In this document: positions 19,677 to 29,192 of the stretch, in pieces
Layout of the letters: every line of letters starts with the position of its first letter
Position numbering within the stretch: the stretch's first letter is position 1
From: Bacteriovoracaceae bacterium
Lineage (GTDB): Bacteria; Bdellovibrionota; Bacteriovoracia; Bacteriovoracales; Bacteriovoracaceae
Assembly (NCBI GenBank): GCA_048270185.1
Contig: JBLWTJ010000001.1
Span: 480,001-544,000 of the forward strand
Length of the DNA stretch: 64,000 nucleotides
Direction: 5' to 3'
The notes under the pieces: generated by a model
What the model saw: only the letters and a program-made list of their open reading frames with translations
The model's database searches: none
Told to the model about the DNA's origin: nothing
Translations under genes and position numbers: made by a program

Positions 19677-21707
19677 ATGAAGCAATCATTGCTTTGGGTA
19701 CTACTGTCTGTAGTACTCTTACCACTAACATCAAATGCCGAAATCTTTATTTACGGAAACTTTCTTAAAAATGATTATTATAGCGACACAAGTAGTGTTT
19801 CAGTAAAGTCACAAAGTGAGCTTTCAAAGACTCAAAATACCGACATGAGTGATGCTTTTAAACTCATACCAAATGTGAATGTGGCCAACGGAAGTTCTCG
19901 TTCAAGCTACTTTCAAATTCGTGGAATTGGAGAGCGTTCAGCCTATGAAGCCGTTTCAAATTACTCCGTTGGTGTTATGGTTGATGAAATTGATTACACA
20001 GGAATCTCAGGGGTCACAAATCTAAATGGACTCTCACAGGTCGAAGTCTTTCGTGGCCCTCAGGCCACTCAATATGGGCCATCAGCACTGGCCGGTATGA
20101 TCCACCTAAGATCACAAGAAATAAGTGAGAAGAATCAATTTAGCACATACCTTTCAATGGAATCATTTAATACTTTTGAAGAGGCCATTGGCTACACTGG
20201 CATGATCTCAGATAAAACAGGCCTTAACATATCTCTTAGTAAGCGAGACAGTGATGGCCTCATGGAAAATAAATATCTCAATCGTAAAGATACAAATGGA
20301 CAAAATGAGCTTGCAGCTCGCACAAGTCTAAGACATGATTTTAATGATTCAACACTTACACTGGGTCTCCACTACTTTGATAAAGACAATGGTTATGATG
20401 CCTTCATTCAAGATAACTCATATACGACAATATCAGATAAGCCAGGAAAAGATAAGAGTGAGACTTTTGGGCAATTTCTAAAATTTGAAAAAGATATTAA
20501 TGCCAACCTAGTTAGCACCACAATATTTACTCACCTAAGAAACGACTCTCTGTATAGCTACGATGAGGACTGGGGAAATAACCCATACTGGAATGCTCTG
20601 CCGGGTTATAACGCTGACTATGATTACAATATTGAATTCACAAGGGATCGTGAAGACTTTTCACTCGATCAAAGATTTGATCTGAATAACAAAGATACTT
20701 TTGGAATTTATCTAAAAAAATCTGATGAAGACTTTCATGAAGTAGGTTTTAAAGATGGTAGTGAGAGAAAGAATATTCTAGGTAAAGTCGAAACTCAACT
20801 AGCCTCTTTTTATGCCCAAAAGAAGCAAGAATTAGAAAATAAAAAACAAATTGAATACGGTGCACGTATTGAATACAGAGACGTCGACTACAAAGATAAC
20901 TCGGCAGAACTTCACTCAGATGATCTAATGTATGGGCTTAATATTACCTTATCAAAGAAAGATCTTTTAGGTGATCTCGCCTATATCAAATTGGTAAAGG
21001 GTTATAAGCCAGGAGGCTTTAACACACAGTCAGCAGTTCCACAGTCTCGCAAGGAATTTAAACCTGAATCTCTCTATTCACTTGAAGTTGGCCAAAAAGC
21101 AAAACTTAGTGATTCAAAAGTTGATCTTAACACTAATCTCTTTGTGATGTACCGTGAAGATGCACAAGTTAAGACATCCTTTCAAGATGACCCAATGGAT
21201 CCTAGCTCATTCACTTTCTATACAGACAATGCAACTAGTGGACTAAATTACGGAGCAGAAATTGAAGCTGCATACACGCAAGAGCTGGGTTTAAATCTCA
21301 TGTCATCGTTAGGACTTCTAGGTACTCGTTATAATGATTATACTGTTGGTACAAGAGATCTGCGTAGTCGTGAAATGCCACACGCCCCAAATTATCAAGC
21401 GAATCTAAATATCGAGTACAAGTATCAATCAGGGATGTACTGGAATGTGAATTTCTTTGCCTCAGATGATTTCTTCTACTCAAACTCACATGACAATATG
21501 TCAGAACCATACCAATTAGTTGATGTGAAAATTGGCTATCGCTATAAGGGCCTAGATATAGCAGTATGGAGTAAGAATATCTTTGATGAGAACTATAGTT
21601 TACGTGGCTACTACTTCGCCAATATGCCGCCAGCATGGGCCGATGAACTCTATACGCAAAGAGAGGCGCCTAGAAGTTTTGGCCTATCGGCACTTTGTAA
21701 ATTCTAA
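19677..21707 (+). CDS. TonB-dependent receptor, probably thiamine-related
   Basis: Plug motifs FQIRG and VEVFRGPQATQYG; C-terminal PRSFGL...F; directly downstream of the TPP riboswitch. Confidence 0.9.
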   Translation: MKQSLLWVLLSVVLLPLTSNAEIFIYGNFLKNDYYSDTSSVSVKSQSELSKTQNTDMSDAFKLIPNVNVANGSSRSSYFQIRGIGERSAYEAVSNYSVGVMVDEIDYTGISGVTNLNGLSQVEVFRGPQATQYGPSALAGMIHLRSQEISEKNQFSTYLSMESFNTFEEAIGYTGMISDKTGLNISLSKRDSDGLMENKYLNRKDTNGQNELAARTSLRHDFNDSTLTLGLHYFDKDNGYDAFIQDNSYTTISDKPGKDKSETFGQFLKFEKDINANLVSTTIFTHLRNDSLYSYDEDWGNNPYWNALPGYNADYDYNIEFTRDREDFSLDQRFDLNNKDTFGIYLKKSDEDFHEVGFKDGSERKNILGKVETQLASFYAQKKQELENKKQIEYGARIEYRDVDYKDNSAELHSDDLMYGLNITLSKKDLLGDLAYIKLVKGYKPGGFNTQSAVPQSRKEFKPESLYSLEVGQKAKLSDSKVDLNTNLFVMYREDAQVKTSFQDDPMDPSSFTFYTDNATSGLNYGAEIEAAYTQELGLNLMSSLGLLGTRYNDYTVGTRDLRSREMPHAPNYQANLNIEYKYQSGMYWNVNFFASDDFFYSNSHDNMSEPYQLVDVKIGYRYKGLDIAVWSKNIFDENYSLRGYYFANMPPAWADELYTQREAPRSFGLSALCKF

Positions 21708-21726
21708 CTCGTGATATAATAGAGGA

Positions 21727-22638
21727 ATGATAAATCAGATATTTGATCACTTCATTCCTCTTTTCTTCTTAGGGGCCATGACCTTCTTCGGTCTTGCCTT
21801 TCACCTCATTATTAGAAGTATTAATTCTTATTACAAAACCAATGGTAAGCTTATCAAAGCAAAGATCATTGCTTTTAAAGAAGAGACAAAGACTCGAAGA
21901 TATCGTGGAGGGCGTGAGACATCCACAACTATTAGACCAGTTATTGAGTATTACCAAAACGGAGATCGCAGATTATTTCTAGGCTCTAATCAGAATTACT
22001 TAAACCATCATATCGGAAAAGAAGTTGATATTTATCTTGTTGAAGATAAAGAGAATCATGTTCTACAAAAAGAGAATGTCTACCGTATCTTCAACTACGT
22101 TTCACTTATTTTTGTTATTACTCCCCTCGTGATTATCTTCTTTAACAATGCGCCTATCGTATACAAGCTCACAATCCCTCTAACATCGCTTCTTATCTTT
22201 ATTCCTATTATATTGAAAATGCGCGCAACTAAAGCAAAGTTAGACGACAGCAGAAGTCTTCTCACTGTCGTTCAAGAAAAATTGATCGAAAATAATAGCA
22301 TGATTGACATTAAAGAATTTGATAATAGTAATGACTATATCAAGGCTTCAAAAGACTTTAATAAAAAACTTAGCTCGGCCAACCTAATAGGAATTATTAT
22401 GACGGCCATTTTTGGTGGTGGCCTCTACTTCCTTACAAAGCATGTTTATCAAAATAGAATATCTAAAGAAAATAAAACCCTAATTGATAAGTTTCTAAAT
22501 GATGCCAATGAGTATGGGCCAATATTTGAGCAAATTGGAAAGAATGAAGATATCACAATTCTTGCCATCTTCATTGCTTTTTCAGTTATATTAGTAATCG
22601 GTTTCTCAATCAATCTAAATGGATTCCTAAAGAGATAA
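21727..22638 (+). CDS. Membrane protein with DUF3592-like N-terminal region
   Basis: TM helix, then AKIIAF...RPVIEYY...IGKEVDIY, then further TM helices. Confidence 0.65.
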   Translation: MINQIFDHFIPLFFLGAMTFFGLAFHLIIRSINSYYKTNGKLIKAKIIAFKEETKTRRYRGGRETSTTIRPVIEYYQNGDRRLFLGSNQNYLNHHIGKEVDIYLVEDKENHVLQKENVYRIFNYVSLIFVITPLVIIFFNNAPIVYKLTIPLTSLLIFIPIILKMRATKAKLDDSRSLLTVVQEKLIENNSMIDIKEFDNSNDYIKASKDFNKKLSSANLIGIIMTAIFGGGLYFLTKHVYQNRISKENKTLIDKFLNDANEYGPIFEQIGKNEDITILAIFIAFSVILVIGFSINLNGFLKR

Positions 22639-23098
22639 TTAAAATCTCACACCAACACCAATATAAAAATTTACTCCCTCTTGATCAATTTGTTGCGAGA
22701 GTCCACTATCGTGCTCTAAGGGTGCCATTACATAGTTGCGGTATTCGACACCTGCAGTAATGAAGAAGCGATCATTTATAGTTACTTTTGTTTCGAGTGA
22801 AACACCATAAGAGTAGCCACCAATGTCATTAAAGTGCTCATCATTGTACTCATCATTATTAAAATTAGTCTTTGTTCTTGTATTAACATGGACTAATCCT
22901 CCACTAATGCCAGGTCCTAATTCTAACTTTAAACGAGGAGTATCGATCATACGAATTACATAGCGGACGCCTAATTGAATATCATTTAAGATTTTTTCGT
23001 TCTTAGCTTCATAAATAGAATACTCTTCGTCAGAGAAGAGTCCTCCCTCAGTGCGTCCAACACTTCGACCAATCATCTGATAATGACGGTAAGTATCA
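22639..23098 (-). pseudogene. 5'-truncated outer-membrane beta-barrel gene
   Basis: Amphipathic strands ending FYIGVGVRF; no signal peptide; frame continues upstream of ATG 23076 (DTYRHYQ) into the opposite gene. Confidence 0.6.
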
Positions 23099-23469
23099 GC
23101 GATCTCACTTCAATTAATGCTGTTCGCGCTTACCTCAACCTCATCCCAGCCGATGCTACAGGTAAGGCTACGATTTGCATCCCTAGTGAAGACGATATCT
23201 TAGAGCTTCAAACAAAGGGCCGAGTTGAGATAAATTTTGTAACGATTGAAAGTGATGACGTCTATTCGGGTGTCTTTAAGAACTATGACAAACTTAGTGA
23301 TAAGACAATTATTTTTGCTGCCGGTGAATTCCATAAAGTTAAGTCATTAAAGGAAAGCATCAAAGAAATTGGTATTGTTAAGAGTGAAAATACTTTCATC
23401 TCAAGTTACTGGAAAAGAGGAATGGATGATGCTTCATTTCGAGATGAGAAGAGAAAGAAAAACGTATAA
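23083..23469 (+). pseudogene. C-terminal half of a siderophore-interacting protein (ViuB/SIP family); FAD-binding domain missing
   Basis: DLTSINA, FAAGE, SYWKRG motifs; only 128 aa; no room for a promoter. Confidence 0.7.
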
Positions 23470-23599
23470 ATAAAATTAAGCTAATAAATAAGTTAGTACA
23501 TTAACTAGTTGATATAAAACGTGTACATTCACTAAACATCATTGTAAATAGTGCAAAAGATAAATGAAATCAGCTTAACTCGTATAAGATCTGAATACT

Positions 23600-26563
23600 A
23601 TGAAAAGCACTAATATTTTTACATTACTTGTCGTATTACTTTTTAACACTCTTATTCTTGCGAACTCAATTGAGATCTCAGCTCTGCCTGACAAGACAGT
23701 TCAACCCGGAGAGGTCTCAATTCAAGTCCTACCAGTTAGAGCAAGTAGTGATACAAACTACACAATTGTCACTGAAAGTAACCAACAATGGCGTGTGGAA
23801 GCCCCTGAGTCAGCTCAACTTAAGGCAGGAGAACTAACATATCTAACTTTTTATACTTATTCTCCAAGCTTTGCTGATGCAGGAACAATTCACGAACTAA
23901 AAATAATATTCATTGACGAACAGACAAAAGAAAAAATCGAAAAAACGATTAGTTTTGTTATTGCAAAGAAGCAGGATCTTGACTTCTTTAACGCTGATAA
24001 AAACATTGAAACAAATAAAAAAGTCTACACGCTAAACTTGAAAGTAAAGAACACAGGAAATAGTGCTGAGAATTATAACTTCTCAGTTAAGAATCTCACT
24101 CCTGAGGTTGGTATTTCATTAAATACTTCTCCAACAAGAATTGAGAACGGTGAAACAAAATTACTACCAGTAAGAGTAAACTTTAAGAATAATACATCAA
24201 CTTATGCGGCCTTTGAAGTTGTTGCCAAAGTTGGTGGCATTATTAAATTTCAAAAGAAATTCCAAGTTAAATTTGTGAACAACGCAAATAATCAAGACCG
24301 TCAAGGTAATTATCTTGATACAACTTTGACAATTACAAATGATTATATGAGTGTTGAAGGTCGAGATTCTAACCTTAGCTCTGTCATTATTAATTCAAAC
24401 GGAGCACTTTCTGACTATGTTTCACTATCAAGTTATATCCAGGCCAATATGGTGGACGGACAAGCAACTGACGCAAGAGGTACATTTCATTTTGACGGCG
24501 ACAGCTGGAAATTTAGTGCTGGAAATAATGTTGATTTAGATATAGATGCAGATGTAGGAAATGAGGCAAGAGACGGGATTGGTTTTTCGAAAGATATTTT
24601 ACCTAATCTGAAAGTTGGAACACTTGTTGGTGTCAATGAAAATGATGAGCTAAATACTGCAGCAATGCTTCAATATGACCCAATCCCAGGACAAAGAACA
24701 TTTGTTATCCTTAATCGAAACTCAGATACAAACGAAACATCTGGCTCAATTGGTTACCGAGGAAACTTTAATTCTAATGATAAATTATCATTTGCTCCTT
24801 CACTAACAGTATCAGATGATCCACAACGTGGTATTATTCAAGACTATCGATCGGCCATGCGTTATATGGTGAAGAAAAACCTACCGATTGCGGTATCAAC
24901 TGGTTTCAAGAAAGATCGCTTTCAAGAGGTAATCTACAATAGCGCTTCAATGTCTTATAATTTTGATGGTGTCCTAATTGAGCTGACACGAAATGATGAA
25001 AGAGAAAGAGATCTATATGAAACAGAATCAAGTACAACAACATTTAGAAATTCAAATGAAATACGTGTAAGCTTCCCTTTAGGAGATGGTCTGTCAGCGA
25101 GTGTAAACTACCAAGACCATAATAGTAGCGACGAGAGTGAAAGCAGAAAGTTCATTACTTTTGCTTATCAAAAAAATGGATTATATGCAGCAATGAGAGC
25201 TGGTGTTACCGACAAGGAATACAAGGACAATCACTTTCAGAACTACACAAACGAACCATTCATTACAATTAACTTAAGTTATAAGCGACCAGAGTTTACG
25301 ATTAGTGCAAATCTTGAATATGAATCATTTGGTGACGACTCATTTAGATCGAGAGCAAACATTGGAATTAATATTCCAATTAATAATAATCACTTCAATG
25401 GTGATGCATACCTAAGAGCAGGACACGATCAGGGTCAAAGAAATGACTATGTGACTCAAACGGAAACAAATCTCGACTACATCGAAGCTGGAATTAGAGC
25501 TGGAACAAATAGTAACTATTCGTTAGAGATTTATGCAAGAGCAGAAAATAATAATTACTATGATGATGTCGATTATCAAGTGGGACTTCGATTTCAATAT
25601 AGATTTGGAGCAAAAACACCTCGCAGTGTAGAGAATATATTCGGAGGGAAGAAAACTGGTAGTATTAGAGGAAGGATCTGCATTGATTTAAATAATAATG
25701 ACGTGTGTGAATATAATGAGCCAGGAGTTGCAGGACTAAGCGTATACAGCGTAACAGGTTCAGCGACAACTGAACTGGACGGTAGTTACTTAATTGAAGG
25801 TCAGAAAGCAGACAAAGATCATATTTCAATTATTGAAAGACATGTAACAGCACGATCACTCAAGGCACGTTCATATTTACAACATACAAAAGTTAGAAAG
25901 AATAAGACAGTTGAGGTTAACTTCCCTCTTAAGCAAATATCATCTTTAAACGTCTTTTCTTATAACGATATCAATAAAAATGGTCAGTATGATAAAGACT
26001 TTGACACTATTATCACAGATGTTAGCTACATGCTGATAGATCAGTATAGTGCAATCATTCCTATCAGCGGGAGAACGGCAGATGCGACTATATACTCAAG
26101 ACTAAGAAATGGTGAGTATAAGTTGATTGCAACAGCTAATTCATCAGTCTATGAAGAAGTTGAAAAAGAAGTGATCCTGAACTTCCCTGAAGATAATATG
26201 GAGTCAATTGGTGTTTCATTCACCCTACTTAAGGCTCAAGACCTTAGTACAAAAGAGAAAATTGTTACTGAATTTGACACAAGTATCTTAAGAGGCCCTA
26301 AGTATGAAGCGCTATTAGTTTTAGATTCATCTGAAACTAGCTATAAAAATATAAAAACAGTGATTATTGAGTTAAATGGATACAAAGCTCAAGTAGATAT
26401 CGAAGAAGTTTTCGAAGGGATGTGGGATATAAAACTTAACCTGAAAGAACTAGCTGAACTACTTAAAGATAAGAACAAAGTCATCGTTACAATTATACTT
26501 TCAAATAGTGATGGCGATGATATTCAGATTAAGAGAGATAGAGTTTTATTTTATAACAAATAA
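23600..26563 (+). CDS. Large exported protein: two Ig-like domains, probable beta-barrel, two SdrD-B-like domains (usher-like)
   Basis: Signal peptide; VKNTGNSAENY; amphipathic region ending VGLRFQYRF; GSIRGRICIDLNNNDVCEYNEPGVAG; YNDINKNGQYD. Confidence 0.7.
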   Translation: MKSTNIFTLLVVLLFNTLILANSIEISALPDKTVQPGEVSIQVLPVRASSDTNYTIVTESNQQWRVEAPESAQLKAGELTYLTFYTYSPSFADAGTIHELKIIFIDEQTKEKIEKTISFVIAKKQDLDFFNADKNIETNKKVYTLNLKVKNTGNSAENYNFSVKNLTPEVGISLNTSPTRIENGETKLLPVRVNFKNNTSTYAAFEVVAKVGGIIKFQKKFQVKFVNNANNQDRQGNYLDTTLTITNDYMSVEGRDSNLSSVIINSNGALSDYVSLSSYIQANMVDGQATDARGTFHFDGDSWKFSAGNNVDLDIDADVGNEARDGIGFSKDILPNLKVGTLVGVNENDELNTAAMLQYDPIPGQRTFVILNRNSDTNETSGSIGYRGNFNSNDKLSFAPSLTVSDDPQRGIIQDYRSAMRYMVKKNLPIAVSTGFKKDRFQEVIYNSASMSYNFDGVLIELTRNDERERDLYETESSTTTFRNSNEIRVSFPLGDGLSASVNYQDHNSSDESESRKFITFAYQKNGLYAAMRAGVTDKEYKDNHFQNYTNEPFITINLSYKRPEFTISANLEYESFGDDSFRSRANIGINIPINNNHFNGDAYLRAGHDQGQRNDYVTQTETNLDYIEAGIRAGTNSNYSLEIYARAENNNYYDDVDYQVGLRFQYRFGAKTPRSVENIFGGKKTGSIRGRICIDLNNNDVCEYNEPGVAGLSVYSVTGSATTELDGSYLIEGQKADKDHISIIERHVTARSLKARSYLQHTKVRKNKTVEVNFPLKQISSLNVFSYNDINKNGQYDKDFDTIITDVSYMLIDQYSAIIPISGRTADATIYSRLRNGEYKLIATANSSVYEEVEKEVILNFPEDNMESIGVSFTLLKAQDLSTKEKIVTEFDTSILRGPKYEALLVLDSSETSYKNIKTVIIELNGYKAQVDIEEVFEGMWDIKLNLKELAELLKDKNKVIVTIILSNSDGDDIQIKRDRVLFYNK

Positions 26564-26578
26564 AGCTAAAGGTTAAAT

Positions 26579-27475
26579 ATGAAAAGAATAATTTGTGTAA
26601 CTCTTATGCTAACAAATATAGCAACTTTTGCATGTGCAATTTTACAAAAAGGTGAAAATGGTAATCGTTCACACCCAGCAATTAAGCACTTCGTTGAAGA
26701 GAAAGATGAAAATCGTCAAATTGTGCTAAAGAATATAACAGACGAGGACTGTACTTTCACAATAGCTAAAACAGAATTAATCCAAGCAAGAGATGGTAGC
26801 TACTCTTACCTACCATACAAGATAGGACAGACAACTAAGAGATCTCTTAACCCCTATATCTCTTTACTTGATGACAAAGGTAGTGAGAGCTTTAATATAA
26901 TTCAGTCACTCGCTCCAAACGAAACAAAGAGCTATGCAGTACAAATCAATATTCCTAAAGCAGAGAATTTGGGGAGCTACCACTCTGGCTTTCAAATAGA
27001 TTTCACGAACAAGCAGACCTCATTTATGTTAGGTGAAATATACTATTCGACAAAGAATACCAGTGTGTCACCGCAATTAAGGTACTTAAAATTCTTAAAA
27101 GATAAGAAGAAGTTGGCCTTTGCAGTTACAAATAAAGGAGATGCTTACACGTTCTTTACAATGAATCTAGTGTACACAGACCCTATTACAGGTTTCGAAT
27201 CAAAAGGTGTTTTAGACGAAGACGATATGTTTTTATATAAAGCAAATCTAAATAATTACTTACTACCAAATGGAAGAACAATTTTAGGAGAAGTTTCTCT
27301 TAAATATCATATAAAAAATCTAAGAAGACAATTCAATGAACAATTCCCTGGACAACTATTTCCAGAAGTATTGAACCTTACCGCTATTCCGCTATACGGA
27401 ATTGATTATGAAAACTGGGAAAATCACAAAAATATACCATTAGGACTAAAGTCAATCATGATTCAGACTAACTAG
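26579..27475 (+). CDS. Exported two-domain protein, fimbrial-chaperone-like
   Basis: IVLKNITD, LAPNETKSYAVQINIP, GSYHSG, VTNKGDAY. Confidence 0.55.
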   Translation: MKRIICVTLMLTNIATFACAILQKGENGNRSHPAIKHFVEEKDENRQIVLKNITDEDCTFTIAKTELIQARDGSYSYLPYKIGQTTKRSLNPYISLLDDKGSESFNIIQSLAPNETKSYAVQINIPKAENLGSYHSGFQIDFTNKQTSFMLGEIYYSTKNTSVSPQLRYLKFLKDKKKLAFAVTNKGDAYTFFTMNLVYTDPITGFESKGVLDEDDMFLYKANLNNYLLPNGRTILGEVSLKYHIKNLRRQFNEQFPGQLFPEVLNLTAIPLYGIDYENWENHKNIPLGLKSIMIQTN

Positions 27476-27490
27476 TATAAGGAGAAGACA

Positions 27491-28168
27491 ATGAATCTAG
27501 TAAAAATTACAACAATTGCAGTAGCACTAAGCTTTAATGCAATGGCAACAGACTCAACGGGTAATGGGTCAATCACACTTTCAGGTGGTTTTTCACCAAA
27601 AGTTAATAGTGTATCAATTGCACTTGCAGACTGTGGTGAAGATGTATCTTTTAATGACTGTGATGCAACTTTAAGTACAACTAATTTTTCAGGCCATGTA
27701 CAAGATGCAACACTAAACCTTGGAACATTTGATGGAGAATCAAATATCCGTTTTGTAAAATTTGAAATTAAATCAAAACTTTTACTTTTCAAAGGTGACT
27801 CACTAAAGATTGCTAAATCACTTACATCATCAACAAATGACGTATCTGTATCACTAGAGAAAATGATCTTTGTATCTGCCGGTTCAAATACTTTTGGACA
27901 ACAAACTCTTGGTAACTCATCTGCTAACCTTTCAAGTGGAAGTGTTATGTTTGATTCTTCAAAAGACATCACTGATATTGCATCAGATATGTACAATTCA
28001 GCGGCAGAAAACCCAGGTGCATCAAATGCAAAAGTTTTATCAGCACTAACTGATTCAACGGCATTTACAGTACGTGGTATCCTAGCTCTAGAAGCAGGAG
28101 ACGAAGCAAAGTCAGAAGACTTTGATGCAAAAATCAATGTTGCAATCACAGGTGTCGACGGTAACTAA
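27491..28168 (+). CDS. Exported Ser/Thr-rich protein, putative major fimbrial subunit
   Basis: Strong RBS AAGGAG; AMA cleavage site; N-terminal GNGSITLSG; Cys pair; C-terminal FDAKINVAI. Confidence 0.55.
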   Translation: MNLVKITTIAVALSFNAMATDSTGNGSITLSGGFSPKVNSVSIALADCGEDVSFNDCDATLSTTNFSGHVQDATLNLGTFDGESNIRFVKFEIKSKLLLFKGDSLKIAKSLTSSTNDVSVSLEKMIFVSAGSNTFGQQTLGNSSANLSSGSVMFDSSKDITDIASDMYNSAAENPGASNAKVLSALTDSTAFTVRGILALEAGDEAKSEDFDAKINVAITGVDGN

Positions 28169-29082
28169 TGAATAAACTAATAGCTCTTACATTTATAACT
28201 CTACTTACTCTTACAACTTATGCTGTTTGTAATACAGGTGGAACCTTTAACTGTGAGAGCTATACTGATAATGATCTTTATGGACTAGTTCTTGACCCAT
28301 GGCAGGTCTATGAAGGTCGCTATTCTTGTGTCTCATGGAGTACACGTTACTATTATAACGACATTGAAGATATTAGTGTTAATTCATCAATGACACTTGA
28401 AATAAACTTTAAAACTGACTCTAGTGCAGAACTAGATATAAAAGCAATAACTTCTAATGGAGTTCAACATGTTCAAAGAACAAGAAGTCATGTTGTCTAT
28501 GACGCTGTAGATGGAGAACGTTGGTACTGGCATACATATCGTTTACAATTTAATCGTAGCACAACACTAGAGCAGTTTAGAATTCATATTCCTCGTTTTG
28601 TAAATATTGACGAATTTGAATGGAACCTGGCCGGAGCAAGTCAAAATAATCGTTATCTAAGCTTAAAAAACCAGAGTGATTTTAATTACGCCATTAGTGA
28701 ACAGGATATCATCTCACAGAGCTTGAAAAATTGGACAATAGATCTAGAAGGTGTTTTTGGTGCAAATGACGAAGCACTGATAAAATTGGAACCAAATAGT
28801 ATTGCCCCTTTCTATGCACCAAATTGCAAAGAGATAACACAGGCCCAAGTCAATGTAGCGACTAACGAGCAAGGAAATGATTCATTTACAATCGAGTGTG
28901 TAACTCCTCCTACTCCTCTAGGAAATAGAATCACCTATCTAAGAATAAAAAACAACACATCAAAGACTTATTGTTCGGCGATAAACTTTAGTATTGAAAC
29001 TAAATTTGATTTAACTATCTCAGATAAGGTAGAGTCGACAAACTACACTGAAAAATTTGATATCATCACAAGCTTTGATTAG
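28168..29082 (+). CDS. Exported protein, putative tip adhesin
   Basis: TAATG coupling; signal peptide; aromatic-rich N-terminal domain; C-terminal YTEKFDIITSFD strand. Confidence 0.5.
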   Translation: MNKLIALTFITLLTLTTYAVCNTGGTFNCESYTDNDLYGLVLDPWQVYEGRYSCVSWSTRYYYNDIEDISVNSSMTLEINFKTDSSAELDIKAITSNGVQHVQRTRSHVVYDAVDGERWYWHTYRLQFNRSTTLEQFRIHIPRFVNIDEFEWNLAGASQNNRYLSLKNQSDFNYAISEQDIISQSLKNWTIDLEGVFGANDEALIKLEPNSIAPFYAPNCKEITQAQVNVATNEQGNDSFTIECVTPPTPLGNRITYLRIKNNTSKTYCSAINFSIETKFDLTISDKVESTNYTEKFDIITSFD

Positions 29083-29192
29083 AGTTTAGTCACAAAAACT
29101 ACTTTTTGATCAAGTAATGGTTGTTGAAAGAATTGTACGCATTTTGATACGAGAGATATACAAGCTATTAAAACTAAGTAATAAGTACCTGA

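Noticed and set aside
19549..19734. 61-aa antisense ORF
   Set aside because: Antisense to the TPP riboswitch and the receptor start
27472..28149. 225-aa antisense ORF
   Set aside because: Mirror of the plus-strand gene, which has an RBS, signal peptide and operon context
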